Assembly: GCF_036323395.1 (NCBI RefSeq)
Contig: NZ_AP028907.1
Span: 1-32,000, forward strand
From: Pyrodictium abyssi
GTDB lineage: Archaea > Thermoproteota > Thermoprotei_A > Sulfolobales > Pyrodictiaceae
DNA: 32,000 bases
Direction of reading: 5' to 3'
Under the pieces are notes generated by a model. That model made no database searches, was not told where the DNA came from, and worked only from the letters and a program-made list of their open reading frames with translations. Position 1 is the first letter of the stretch. Every line of letters begins with the position of its first letter. The position numbers and the translations under genes are program-made. This document shows, in pieces, positions 14,598 to 22,882 of this stretch.

Positions 14598-15551
14598 CTA
14601 CTCGACGACGGGGCCTATGGCCTGCTCTCCTACCCAGCGGTTGATCTCCTCGACGTGCTGGTCTACCATACGCTGTATCTGCTCTATCTCCTCTTCTGTC
14701 AGGTGGCGGAACCTGCCCTGTATCTTCAGGTAGTGTCGCACATGCTTCCTCTTGGGCACCTTCACTGTTACCCTGGGCTTACCATTCACTATCTCCAGCT
14801 GGACCCACATACCGGTCTGCACTGCTAGCCGGGAGACCTCTATGGTGTGCTCGTTCTTGATCCTCCAGCCGGGGGTGCAGGGCGAGAACACGTGTACCAG
14901 GCTCGGCCCGCGGGTCTCTAGGGCCCGGCGGAACTTCTCTATCATATCGGTCGGGTAGGCGGGGTTAGCAGTGGCTATGTAGGGTATGCGGTGGGCGAGC
15001 GCTATCCCTATTATGTCCTTCTTGGGCCTCATCTCGCCCCTCATACGCTTGCCTATGGGCGTGGTCGTGGTCCAGGCTCCCAGCGGGGTAGCGCCGCTCC
15101 TCTGGATACCAGTGTTCATGTAGGCCTCATTGTCGTAGACCACGTACATCACGTCGTGGCCGCGCTCTAGCATGCCGCTGAGGCTCTGGAGACCTATGTC
15201 GAAGGTACCGCCGTCACCAGCTATGGCTATTACCTTTATCCGGCGGTTGGAGTCTACCACGCCCTTCCTCTGGAGCGCCTTGAGCGCCGCCTCTATGCCG
15301 CTAGCCACGGCGCCAGCGTTCTCGAAGGCTAGGTGTATCCAGGGGTTCTTCCACGATGTCCTCGGGAATAGCGTGGTTGTTACCTCTACACAGCCCGTAG
15401 CCATGGCTACTATAGCGTCCTTGCCCGCGACCTTCATCAAGTGCCTCATTACTAGTGCTGCTCCGCAGCCCTGGCACATGCTGTGGCCGGGGGCGAACTG
15501 CTCCTCGCGCGGTATGTCCCATACTGTGCGGACGGGCTTTGAGAGCGCCAT
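14598..15551 (-). CDS. porB: 2-oxoacid (pyruvate/2-ketoisovalerate):ferredoxin oxidoreductase, beta (TPP-binding) subunit
   Basis: The conserved N-terminus begins at MALSKPVRTVWDIPREEQFAPGHSMCQGCGA (ATG at 15551). The TPP motif is IAGDGGTFDIG...VVYDNEAYMNTG. The listed ORF extends to a GTG at 15620, but those 23 extra residues look non-conserved. Confidence 0.85.
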   Translation of the reverse strand: MALSKPVRTVWDIPREEQFAPGHSMCQGCGAALVMRHLMKVAGKDAIVAMATGCVEVTTTLFPRTSWKNPWIHLAFENAGAVASGIEAALKALQRKGVVDSNRRIKVIAIAGDGGTFDIGLQSLSGMLERGHDVMYVVYDNEAYMNTGIQRSGATPLGAWTTTTPIGKRMRGEMRPKKDIIGIALAHRIPYIATANPAYPTDMIEKFRRALETRGPSLVHVFSPCTPGWRIKNEHTIEVSRLAVQTGMWVQLEIVNGKPRVTVKVPKRKHVRHYLKIQGRFRHLTEEEIEQIQRMVDQHVEEINRWVGEQAIGPVVE

Positions 15552-15567
15552 AGGGGCCCACCCCTGG

Positions 15568-15583
15568 GGCGTATAGGCGTATA
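15568..15583 (-). repeat. tandem 8-nt repeat GGCGTATA x2 (TATACGCC x2 on the coding strand) in the porA-porB spacer
   Basis: Read directly. The repeat centre is about 24 nt upstream of the ATG at 15551, so it may be an internal TATA element. Confidence 0.35.
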
Positions 15584-15627
15584 CACCTCTACATGGGAGC
15601 GCGTGGGGGTGCGAAAACACGTGATGC

Positions 15628-16884
15628 CTAGTTGAGCTTGGTGCGGCTCTTTACTCCGTAGAAGAGCGTGCGTGTCTCACTCCGGCCGCTCCGCGCTAGC
15701 TCCTGTAGCTTCTTGAACATCTCCACGACCTCCTTGACGAAGATGTCCCGGCCGCCTAGCCCGTGTATGAAGCTAGCCATCGGCTTGACCATGCCCCTTA
15801 CCGCTAGCGTGGACGCGATGTCGAGGAATAGTGGGCCCTCTAGCGGCCCGCCGAAGGCCACGGCGCGGTCGAGCACGCCCACCGCTGCTACGTTCTCGAG
15901 GGCCTTGGCTATCTGCTCGGCGGGGAACGGCCTGTACACTCTTATCTTGACCATGCCGGCTTTTACGCCTTCCTCGCGTAGCCTGTTCACAGCCGCCTTG
16001 ACGAGGCTAGCAGTGGCGCCCAGGCTTACTATCGCTACCTCAGCGTCGTCCATCATGTACTCCTCTATGAAGCCGTAGCGGCGGCCGAACCGCTTCTCGA
16101 ACTCCCGTGCAGCCTCCTCTATGACGCGGGGCGCCTCCCTCATAGCCATTATCTGCTGTATCTTTATCTCGTAGTACCAGTTCGGCGCGCCGACCGGGCC
16201 GAAGGTCATGGGCTTGTCCGGGTCGAGTACTGGGCGGTAGCCCCGCGGCCTCTTCACAGCGTAGCTCAGCACCTCGTCGCGCGGTATAAGCTCGAGCGGC
16301 TCCACCGTGTGGCTCAGAATGTAGCCGTCTAGCGTAACCACGGTGGGCAGTAGCACGTCGGGGTGCTCCGCTATGTAGTACGCTTGGATGAGGTTGTCGT
16401 AGACCTCCTGGACGTTCTCGCTGAATATGATTATCCAGCCGGTGTCGCGCATACTCATAGCATCGCTATAGTCGTTCCAGATGTTTATGGGCGCGCTTAG
16501 GGCGCGGGTAGCCAGCGCCATGACCACGGGCTGGCGGAGGCCGCTAGCTATGTAGAGCATCTCGTGCATCAGCTCGAGGCCCTGGCTGCTGGTAGCCGTG
16601 AACACGCGGGCGCCGGTAGCGGCAGCGGCTATCACCGCGCTCATAGCGCTGTGCTCGCTCTCTACGTGTATGACCTCGGCGTCTAGCTCGCCGTTAGCCA
16701 CAAGCTCTGCTATCTTCTCGGCTATCTGGACTTGCGGCGTAATCGGGTATATGGCGGCCACGTCTACGTCCACATCGCGTGCCGCAAGCGCGGCAGCATG
16801 GTTACCCTTAGCAGCTATCCTGCGGGACTGCCGGGCCTTGGCCTCCTGCTTTTCCTTGAGCTCCACGGCTGCCACGGGGCTCAC
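15628..16884 (-). CDS. porA: 2-oxoacid:ferredoxin oxidoreductase, alpha subunit
   Basis: Family strings: GNHAAALAARDVDVDVAAIYPITPQ, SEHSAMSAVIAAAATGARVFTATSSQGL. The GTG at 16884 forms a GTGA overlap with the porD stop, mirroring the porG/porD junction. The listed ATG at 16923 would overlap porD by 43 nt. Confidence 0.9.
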   Translation of the reverse strand: MSPVAAVELKEKQEAKARQSRRIAAKGNHAAALAARDVDVDVAAIYPITPQVQIAEKIAELVANGELDAEVIHVESEHSAMSAVIAAAATGARVFTATSSQGLELMHEMLYIASGLRQPVVMALATRALSAPINIWNDYSDAMSMRDTGWIIIFSENVQEVYDNLIQAYYIAEHPDVLLPTVVTLDGYILSHTVEPLELIPRDEVLSYAVKRPRGYRPVLDPDKPMTFGPVGAPNWYYEIKIQQIMAMREAPRVIEEAAREFEKRFGRRYGFIEEYMMDDAEVAIVSLGATASLVKAAVNRLREEGVKAGMVKIRVYRPFPAEQIAKALENVAAVGVLDRAVAFGGPLEGPLFLDIASTLAVRGMVKPMASFIHGLGGRDIFVKEVVEMFKKLQELARSGRSETRTLFYGVKSRTKLN

Positions 16885-17222
16885 CTCTCCTCCGGGACCA
16901 TGTCTATGGCTTTTACGGGGCACTCGTAGGCGCAGATACCGCAGCCCTTACAGTGGACGTAGTCCACCTTGAAGGTGATCTTGAACTTGCGGCCCTTGCT
17001 GTTCGTGTACTCCTCGTCCACCTCGAGTATGGCGCCGTCCGGGCAGTAGACCCAGCAGAGCCTGCAGCGGATGCACTTGTCCTGGTTTATGACGGGCTTG
17101 AATGTCCTCCAGGCGCTTGTGTCGACCTCCTCGGTGTTGCCGGGCCATGGGACTACGCCGGCTAGTGGTAGGTCCTCCCATGTCTCGGGGTACTTTTTGC
17201 CGAGGAAGCGTTCGAAGCTCAC
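16881..17222 (-). CDS. porD: 2-oxoacid:ferredoxin oxidoreductase, delta (2x[4Fe-4S]) subunit
   Basis: Two ferredoxin motifs are present: CIRCRLCWVYCP and CKGCGICAYECP. The GTG start forms a GTGA overlap with the porG stop. Confidence 0.9.
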   Translation of the reverse strand: MSFERFLGKKYPETWEDLPLAGVVPWPGNTEEVDTSAWRTFKPVINQDKCIRCRLCWVYCPDGAILEVDEEYTNSKGRKFKITFKVDYVHCKGCGICAYECPVKAIDMVPEER

Positions 17223-17809
17223 AGGCAGATCACCTCCGTGGAGGAGTAGGCCTCCTCTACGGCGCGTAGGTTGGCCTCCGCTATGCGGGGCCGGTCGCTA
17301 AAACGCTCCTCTATGCTACGCTCGAGCGACTCGAGCCCGACGACCTTCGAGGCGCGGACGAGGCCTCCGAGCATAGACGTGTTGACTATCGGGGCGCCTA
17401 GGTGCTTGAGCGCGATACCAGTGGCGTCCACCACGGCTATGCAGCGGGGTGGTTCGAGCCCGCGGCCCCGGATGAACTCGGCGACCTCCTCCGGCTTCTT
17501 CTTCGTGTTTATCACGATTAGCCCGTCGCGGCGGAGCCCCTTCATGTATATGCTCGGGTCGAGGCTGGAGTCGAGGACCACTACTATGTCGGGCTCGAGT
17601 ATGGGCTCGCGCTCGAGTATCGCCTTGTCGTCGATACGCGTGAAGGCGAGCACCGGGGCGCCGCGGCGCTCGGCGCCGTACTCGGGGAACGCCATAGCGT
17701 ACTTGCCCTCGCTGATAGCGGCGGATGCGAGGACCTCAGCTGCCGTAACCGCGCCCTGGCCTCCACGGCCATGGAACCTGATCTCTACACGTGGCATCCC
17801 ATATCCCAC
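17219..17809 (-). CDS. porG: 2-oxoacid:ferredoxin oxidoreductase, gamma subunit
   Basis: N-terminus EIRFHGRGGQGAVTAAEVLA, followed by YGAERRGAPV. It is the first gene of the G-D-A-B order typical of archaeal POR/VOR operons. Confidence 0.9.
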   Translation of the reverse strand: MGYGMPRVEIRFHGRGGQGAVTAAEVLASAAISEGKYAMAFPEYGAERRGAPVLAFTRIDDKAILEREPILEPDIVVVLDSSLDPSIYMKGLRRDGLIVINTKKKPEEVAEFIRGRGLEPPRCIAVVDATGIALKHLGAPIVNTSMLGGLVRASKVVGLESLERSIEERFSDRPRIAEANLRAVEEAYSSTEVICL

Positions 17810-18187
17810 CCTCTACCCGTAGCGCTCCACACACGCGTGCCCGGGGGAGGAGGCGGCTACGCGCCTCCCGGGGCACAGATTCTACACGATAAAACATCAA
17901 AGTGCACTAAGCTTTAGATTTACCCAGCCTCTAGCACGGAGTCCCTGTCCTACCGCTGGCGCCCCTCCTAACTAATAACCTCTACTCACTACACTTCGGC
18001 TGACGATAGTAACCAGTTTGCACAGTTGTCGAAACCCAGGATGCCCCGGGGCAGAGCGCCCGCCGAGCGCACCGCAGGCCCAGACGCCATAAACGAGCCG
18101 GCAAGGAGAAGAAGCGCCTCGCCCCCGGGCCTAGCCACGGTCTAATAGGCCCCCGAGCACCCGGCCAGGAGCCCCTAGGGGCAAAGG

Positions 18188-19099
18188 GTGGCGAAGCTGC
18201 CAGAGAGCCTAGGCCGCGAACTCGCAGCAGCAGGGAAGACCCTGCAAAGGCAGCTAGAGGCAGTGGAGCCGATACTAGCCGGCGAGGAGTGCATAGCCGC
18301 TGTCGGGGCTGGCGACAGCTACGCGGCAGCCCTAGCGCTAGAGGCGTGCAGCCAGGGCAGAGCCCGGGCCCTAGACCCCCTAGACGCCGCCTCGACCGGC
18401 GCTCTCGGGGCGCTCGCCCGCCGGGGATGCGTGCTCCTAGCCCTCAGCGTCGGCGGCCGCACCAGGGCCGTGCTCGAGGCCGCCCGGGCCTACCGGGCTC
18501 TGGGAGGCCGCGTCGTAGCCGTGACTGGCCCCGGCACGCCCCTAGCCAGGCTAGCCGGCACCACCATAGAGCTCACCTACACCGGCCTAGCGGGCGGCGT
18601 AGGCGCGCTAAGACACCTAGCCATGCTGGCAGCGCTAGCCGCCGCCCTCGGAGAAGACCCGGGGCCCCTGGAGCCCCCGGGCATGGACTGTGACGCGCTC
18701 TGGCCGTGGGTGCACACCGGCGCCGCTGAGGCCTACAGTAGCGCGTTGTACGCGGTGCTTAAGCTCTACGAGGTCTACGGGCGGCCGGCCCGCAGCGAGA
18801 GGCTCGAGCAGCTAGTCCACGCCCCCGTCTACGCCACGGACAGCGTTACCGTCTACATGTCCTCGGCTGCGCCCCAGGCGAGGCAGAGGGAGGTCGTGGA
18901 GACGCTCCGGGAAGCGGGCCTAAGGGTCTACACCGTGCCAGCCTGTGGCAGCTGCTGGGGCACAGCTATGGGCCAGGCGCTGGCCGTGCTTCGCTGCCTC
19001 GCAGAGGCCGTGAGGAAGGATAGTGTGGATGAGCCGCACTACCGCCGGCACCCGGGCCTAGAGCAGCTGACAAGGCTGATATACACCATGGAGGAGTAG
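18188..19099 (+). CDS. SIS (sugar isomerase/phosphosugar-binding) domain protein
   Basis: SIS-like pattern: IAAVGAGDSYAAALALE, then LLALSVGGRTRAVLEAARAYRALGGRVVAVTG. The start is GTG. Confidence 0.55.
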   Translation: MAKLPESLGRELAAAGKTLQRQLEAVEPILAGEECIAAVGAGDSYAAALALEACSQGRARALDPLDAASTGALGALARRGCVLLALSVGGRTRAVLEAARAYRALGGRVVAVTGPGTPLARLAGTTIELTYTGLAGGVGALRHLAMLAALAAALGEDPGPLEPPGMDCDALWPWVHTGAAEAYSSALYAVLKLYEVYGRPARSERLEQLVHAPVYATDSVTVYMSSAAPQARQREVVETLREAGLRVYTVPACGSCWGTAMGQALAVLRCLAEAVRKDSVDEPHYRRHPGLEQLTRLIYTMEE

Positions 19100-19353
19100 G
19101 GCCATCGTGGGGGCGCAGCCAGGGGGCTATACGTGGAGAAGCCGAGGGCGGTATGAAACCCTTATACTGTCGGCGCACGTTTCGTCTAGACAGTTTGTCC
19201 ATTAGATACGTTGGAGAAAATGCTCTAGGGCGGCGGAGGCGTGTCTACTAGCATGGTCTGCGAGGGAGACGCTATAAGTACGGGCTGACGCGCCGGATTA
19301 CGTGCGTGGGGGCTAAGGGTGGGCTGTGCCACGCTGCAGCGGGATGAGCAAGG

Positions 19354-20046
19354 ATGCAGCGGCCTATGGGTCATATGGGGCCTCACTGGGGGCATGCCGG
19401 CCCAGCGTGGGGTAGGCCGTACCCCTGGATGAGCCATATACACTACATGTATGCTAGCGCAGCCGCCACCGGGGTAGCGTGGCTGCTCGCCGCACTCTAC
19501 CTGGTGTCCGCTGTAGCCGCTGCTGCTGTGGCTCTGCTGCTCTACCGGGGCTACCGTGTCTCGGGCGACCAGAGGCTCGCTCTGCTATCCATCGGCTTCG
19601 GCCTGGTGGCTGTAGGGTCGCTTGTGGACCTCGCATCCGGCGTCGTGGTCTCTACCAGTCTCAGCTGGCTAGCCTACATGCTGGGCTACATGGTCATGCT
19701 CGCTGCCCGCGACGTCCGCGAGGAGGCCGAGGCAGAGGCCTACGCCGCCGCCCCCTCCGTGGCCGCTGTGTGGGCCTCGCAGGCTAGGCCGTACAGCTAC
19801 GCGCCGCTAGCCATGACGGGCTCGCTGATCGCCGGGGTTCTGGCGTTCGCGGCGTTCCTGGGCATACAGGGGAGGCTCAGGATAGCGGGCCTCGGGGTAG
19901 CAGCTAGCCACGTACTGGAGGCCGTCGCGCTGCTGGGCGTGCTCTACCCTGGGCTGCTCGTGGCCTCGGTGGCCCTCCGCGCGGCCTCGCTAGCCGCTAT
20001 GACGCTTGTCCTAGTGCTCGCCACGCGGAGCGGGCCACGGCTCTAG
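19354..20046 (+). CDS. polytopic membrane protein with a Met/His/Trp/Pro-rich N-terminus
   Basis: MQRPMGHMGPHWGHAGPAWGRPYPWMSHIHYMY is followed by about 6 hydrophobic segments. I recognise no family. Confidence 0.55.
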   Translation: MQRPMGHMGPHWGHAGPAWGRPYPWMSHIHYMYASAAATGVAWLLAALYLVSAVAAAAVALLLYRGYRVSGDQRLALLSIGFGLVAVGSLVDLASGVVVSTSLSWLAYMLGYMVMLAARDVREEAEAEAYAAAPSVAAVWASQARPYSYAPLAMTGSLIAGVLAFAAFLGIQGRLRIAGLGVAASHVLEAVALLGVLYPGLLVASVALRAASLAAMTLVLVLATRSGPRL

Positions 20047-20078
20047 GCCCCGATGACGGCCAGGGGGCAGCACGCGGC

Positions 20079-20354
20079 ATGCCGAGGCGGAGGAGCAGGG
20101 CGCGGATAGTCTACGAGGTGCTCTCCACGCTCTCGCGGGAGGGCCCTATGCCGCCCACAAGGCTCTCCTACGTGGCCAGGATGCCCTACGACAGGTTCGC
20201 GGCGCTCCTTGACCAGCTCGAGGAGAAGGGCCTAGTCGAGGTCTACGAGGAGGAGGGGCGCCGCCGGGTACGGATAACCCCGGAGGGGCTCAGGGCGCTC
20301 CGCGAACTCTCCGCCGCGCTCCAGGTGCTGCAGAGGCTAGGCCTCGACGAGTAG
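20079..20354 (+). CDS. small winged-helix DNA-binding protein (HTH_45-like)
   Basis: 91 aa. RIVYEVLSTLSREGPMPPTRLSYVARMPYDRFAALLDQLEEKGLVEV...RITPEGL matches the archaeal wHTH layout. Confidence 0.7.
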   Translation: MPRRRSRARIVYEVLSTLSREGPMPPTRLSYVARMPYDRFAALLDQLEEKGLVEVYEEEGRRRVRITPEGLRALRELSAALQVLQRLGLDE

Positions 20355-20379
20355 CCCGGGGCTCGGTGCCTAGCCTGGT

Positions 20380-20423
20380 CCCCACACCCCTCCCCTAGAG
20401 CGGGGAGGGGTCGGGCTGTGGGG
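20380..20423 (+). other. long GC hairpin (7-bp plus 9-bp perfect stems)
   Basis: CCCCACA-CCCCTCCCC-TAGAGC-GGGGAGGGG-TCGGGC-TGTGGGG, beginning 26 nt after the stop of the wHTH gene. Confidence 0.5.
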
Positions 20424-20563
20424 GCCTCCCAAGTCCTCACAGCGGCCCGGGGCCGTGTAGGTGGCCCGGTGTAGGGTGCTATTGGCCTTAGCTCCTGTGC
20501 GGCAAGGGGAGAGACCATATAGATTCTCCGCCACGTAGCTGTATAGATACTGGCTGGCGTCTC

Positions 20564-21061
20564 TTGGACGGGGCTGAGGAGGCCCTCGAGAGCCTACTAG
20601 AGCACGCCCGGAGCATGGTGAGGTTTGTAGAGGAGTTCTCGGGTATAGAGGTTACGCGTGAGAAGCTAAACCGTGTCATCCACAGCGCGCTCCTGGCTAT
20701 GGCGCACGAGCTGTCGCGTATAGCCCTGGAGGAGGTCTACCGGGAGGTAGATCTCCTCCGAGACATGGACCGGGGCATGGCGCGCTGCATCGAGGAGGTC
20801 GGTGCACGGCTCCTCGAGGCCTATGTAGCCTCGTCGCTGGGCATACCGGCGCTCAGCCTAGAGGAGTACAGCTACGAGCTAAATCTGCTCCCCGAGCTCC
20901 GGGGAAGGATAACCCCCCGCATCCTCGGCAAGCTCTACACGGCCCTAGAGGCTGCTGCCCGGGAGAGAAGGCTCTACGACTTCATCGCGGGAGAGCTGCG
21001 CGAAGAGTGCCGCCGCATAGCGGCGCGGGGGAGGCCCCGCCTCTCCGGGCTCAGCGGCTAG
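20564..21061 (+). CDS. hypothetical helical protein
   Basis: 165-aa ORF with a TTG start. Its Glu/Leu/Arg/Ala composition and ATA/AGG/CTA codon use match confident genes here. I recognise no motif. Confidence 0.5.
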   Translation: MDGAEEALESLLEHARSMVRFVEEFSGIEVTREKLNRVIHSALLAMAHELSRIALEEVYREVDLLRDMDRGMARCIEEVGARLLEAYVASSLGIPALSLEEYSYELNLLPELRGRITPRILGKLYTALEAAARERRLYDFIAGELREECRRIAARGRPRLSGLSG

Positions 21062-21551
21062 CACAGCGGCCGAGGAGGAGAGACGAGGCAGCGAGGTAGG
21101 CCGGGAGCGCCACGGCAGAGCCGGCGCCCGGCACCATGCCCGCCGCCGAGACGGCTACGGCGCCAGCGAGATACGCTAGGGCGCGGCGCCGGCCATCCGC
21201 GAGACAGGCCGAGACGCTGGCCGCGGCAGACGCCATCGGCGCCGCCGCTAGGAGCACCAGCGCCAGGTACGTGTGCCACGTGTCCACGCCCATGCCCAGG
21301 CCGGCGAGCCCCGCAGCGAGGGCCGGGGCGTGCCGCTCAGCGTTCACGTGCACTAGCAGGGCCAGCAGCACTGCCGCCACGGCTCCAGGGCTGAGGCGGA
21401 GCAAAGCATGAGGCGCCACAGCCGCCACCGCTGCTGTGTAGACTGCTAGCACCGTGTAGCCGGGGTCCCGGAGCGCGAGCAGCGACGCTGCGGTGCAGCC
21501 TGCGAGCGCTGCGAGCCACTGCCGCCGGGGTGCTAGCAGAGCTCCGGCCAT
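21051..21551 (-). CDS. hypothetical Ala/Leu-rich polytopic membrane protein, downstream of DUF58
   Basis: 166-aa ORF with 4-5 hydrophobic segments, on the same strand as MoxR-DUF58 and 115 nt after it. The opposite-strand ORF 21136..21411 is Arg-rich junk. Confidence 0.4.
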   Translation of the reverse strand: MAGALLAPRRQWLAALAGCTAASLLALRDPGYTVLAVYTAAVAAVAPHALLRLSPGAVAAVLLALLVHVNAERHAPALAAGLAGLGMGVDTWHTYLALVLLAAAPMASAAASVSACLADGRRRALAYLAGAVAVSAAGMVPGAGSAVALPAYLAASSLLLGRCASR

Positions 21552-21665
21552 GGCTAGGGCGGCTGCATCGGGCTGCCCGGCGCCAACGGCCGCCGCAGCT
21601 ACGGGGGTGTACGCCAGCGCGTAGACCGCCCTGCCCAGGCTCCTCCCAGGTGGTACGCCCCGGGC

Positions 21666-22850
21666 TCACCCTGTGCCACCCACGACCGTGTGGGCGTAGC
21701 CTCCCGCCCGCAGCTCCTCGGTGCAGCCGGACTCTACCGGGCCCACCAAGACCACGGTGTGCCTGGGCAGACCAGGCCTCCCCGAGAAGACTGCCCTGCA
21801 GAGGTCGCCGCCGAGTATAGCTACTAGGAGCGCGCCGCCCGCGCGGGCCGCCTCAGCTGCCTCGGCGAGGACTAGGCGCGCCGCTGGGCTCGGCGGCAGC
21901 GTGTCGAGCGGGTTCACGCTGGAGAGCCGGGCTAGGAGCGCTGGCAGCGTGTCCGCCGCCCGCCCCGGGGGCACGGTCGCGGCTGCCGCCCCGGTGTAGA
22001 CAGTGTACCCGAGCAGCCCGCCCAGCCTACGGGCGGCGTAGGCTAGCGACGCGGCGAGCCTCATAGCGGTGTCGGCTGGCGCCTCGCCGGCGCGGCCGCG
22101 CCACATGCCCCGGGTGAGGTCTACGAATATGTGTAGCCGGGGCTCCTGCTCGGCCTCGTCTACGCGTACTAGGAGGCGGCCGGTGCGCGCCGTCGCCCTC
22201 CAGGCTATCCTCCTTGGGTCGTCGCCCGGCGCGTAGTCGCGGAGCCAGTGGAGATCCATCCCGGGGCCCTCCCAGCGGCGCGTACTGCCCCCGGAGTAGC
22301 CCACGCCGGAGCCCGGGACACCGGCCAGGGACCGGTCTATGGCCGGGTAGACGGGGACTGCTAGAGGCGCGTAGACCCGGAGCCTAGCCGCGAAGAGCCC
22401 CAGGGGGTCCAGGTAGCCTAGCACCACGTGGCCGGAGACGCTTAGGCCGGGGCCGAGCCTCACAGTGTAGCCGCCGCCCTGGGCCCGGCCGCCCTCCACG
22501 GGGAGGAGAAGCGGCCCCCGCGGGGCGGGGTCTAGCGCCCGGGTTAGGGGCTCCTCCTCGACCAGCACGTAGTCCAGGCCGCCTAGCCCCTCTACCTCGA
22601 CGCGCACGCCCACCGGTGTGCCCTCCACGGCTGGGCTGGGCGAGGCGCTCCTGGAGACACGGGCCCCTGCTAGGACGCGGGAGGCGCGCCGGGCGTCGGC
22701 GTAGGATGCCGCCGCTAGGGAGAGGAGAGCTAGGAGCGTAGCCACGACCACCCGGCTCTCCACGGCCGTGGCTAGTAGCGCTAGCTGGGCGGCCGCGAAG
22801 AGTACGGCCAGGCCCTTGGGCGTAGCCCGCACCGACGCCACCGCGTCCAC
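21666..22850 (-). CDS. DUF58 (vWA-like) protein, MoxR partner
   Basis: Signature RRIAWRATARTGRLLVRVDEAE and N-terminal TM pair (LAVLFAAAQLALLATAV, VVVATLLALLSLAAA). I take the GTG at 22850, 32 nt after the MoxR stop. The listed 523-aa ORF would overlap MoxR with an Arg/Gly/Pro-rich extension. Confidence 0.8.
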   Translation of the reverse strand: MDAVASVRATPKGLAVLFAAAQLALLATAVESRVVVATLLALLSLAAASYADARRASRVLAGARVSRSASPSPAVEGTPVGVRVEVEGLGGLDYVLVEEEPLTRALDPAPRGPLLLPVEGGRAQGGGYTVRLGPGLSVSGHVVLGYLDPLGLFAARLRVYAPLAVPVYPAIDRSLAGVPGSGVGYSGGSTRRWEGPGMDLHWLRDYAPGDDPRRIAWRATARTGRLLVRVDEAEQEPRLHIFVDLTRGMWRGRAGEAPADTAMRLAASLAYAARRLGGLLGYTVYTGAAAATVPPGRAADTLPALLARLSSVNPLDTLPPSPAARLVLAEAAEAARAGGALLVAILGGDLCRAVFSGRPGLPRHTVVLVGPVESGCTEELRAGGYAHTVVGGTG

Positions 22851-22882
22851 GCCGCGCCACGCCCTCCCGGGTCCCTTGGGGT

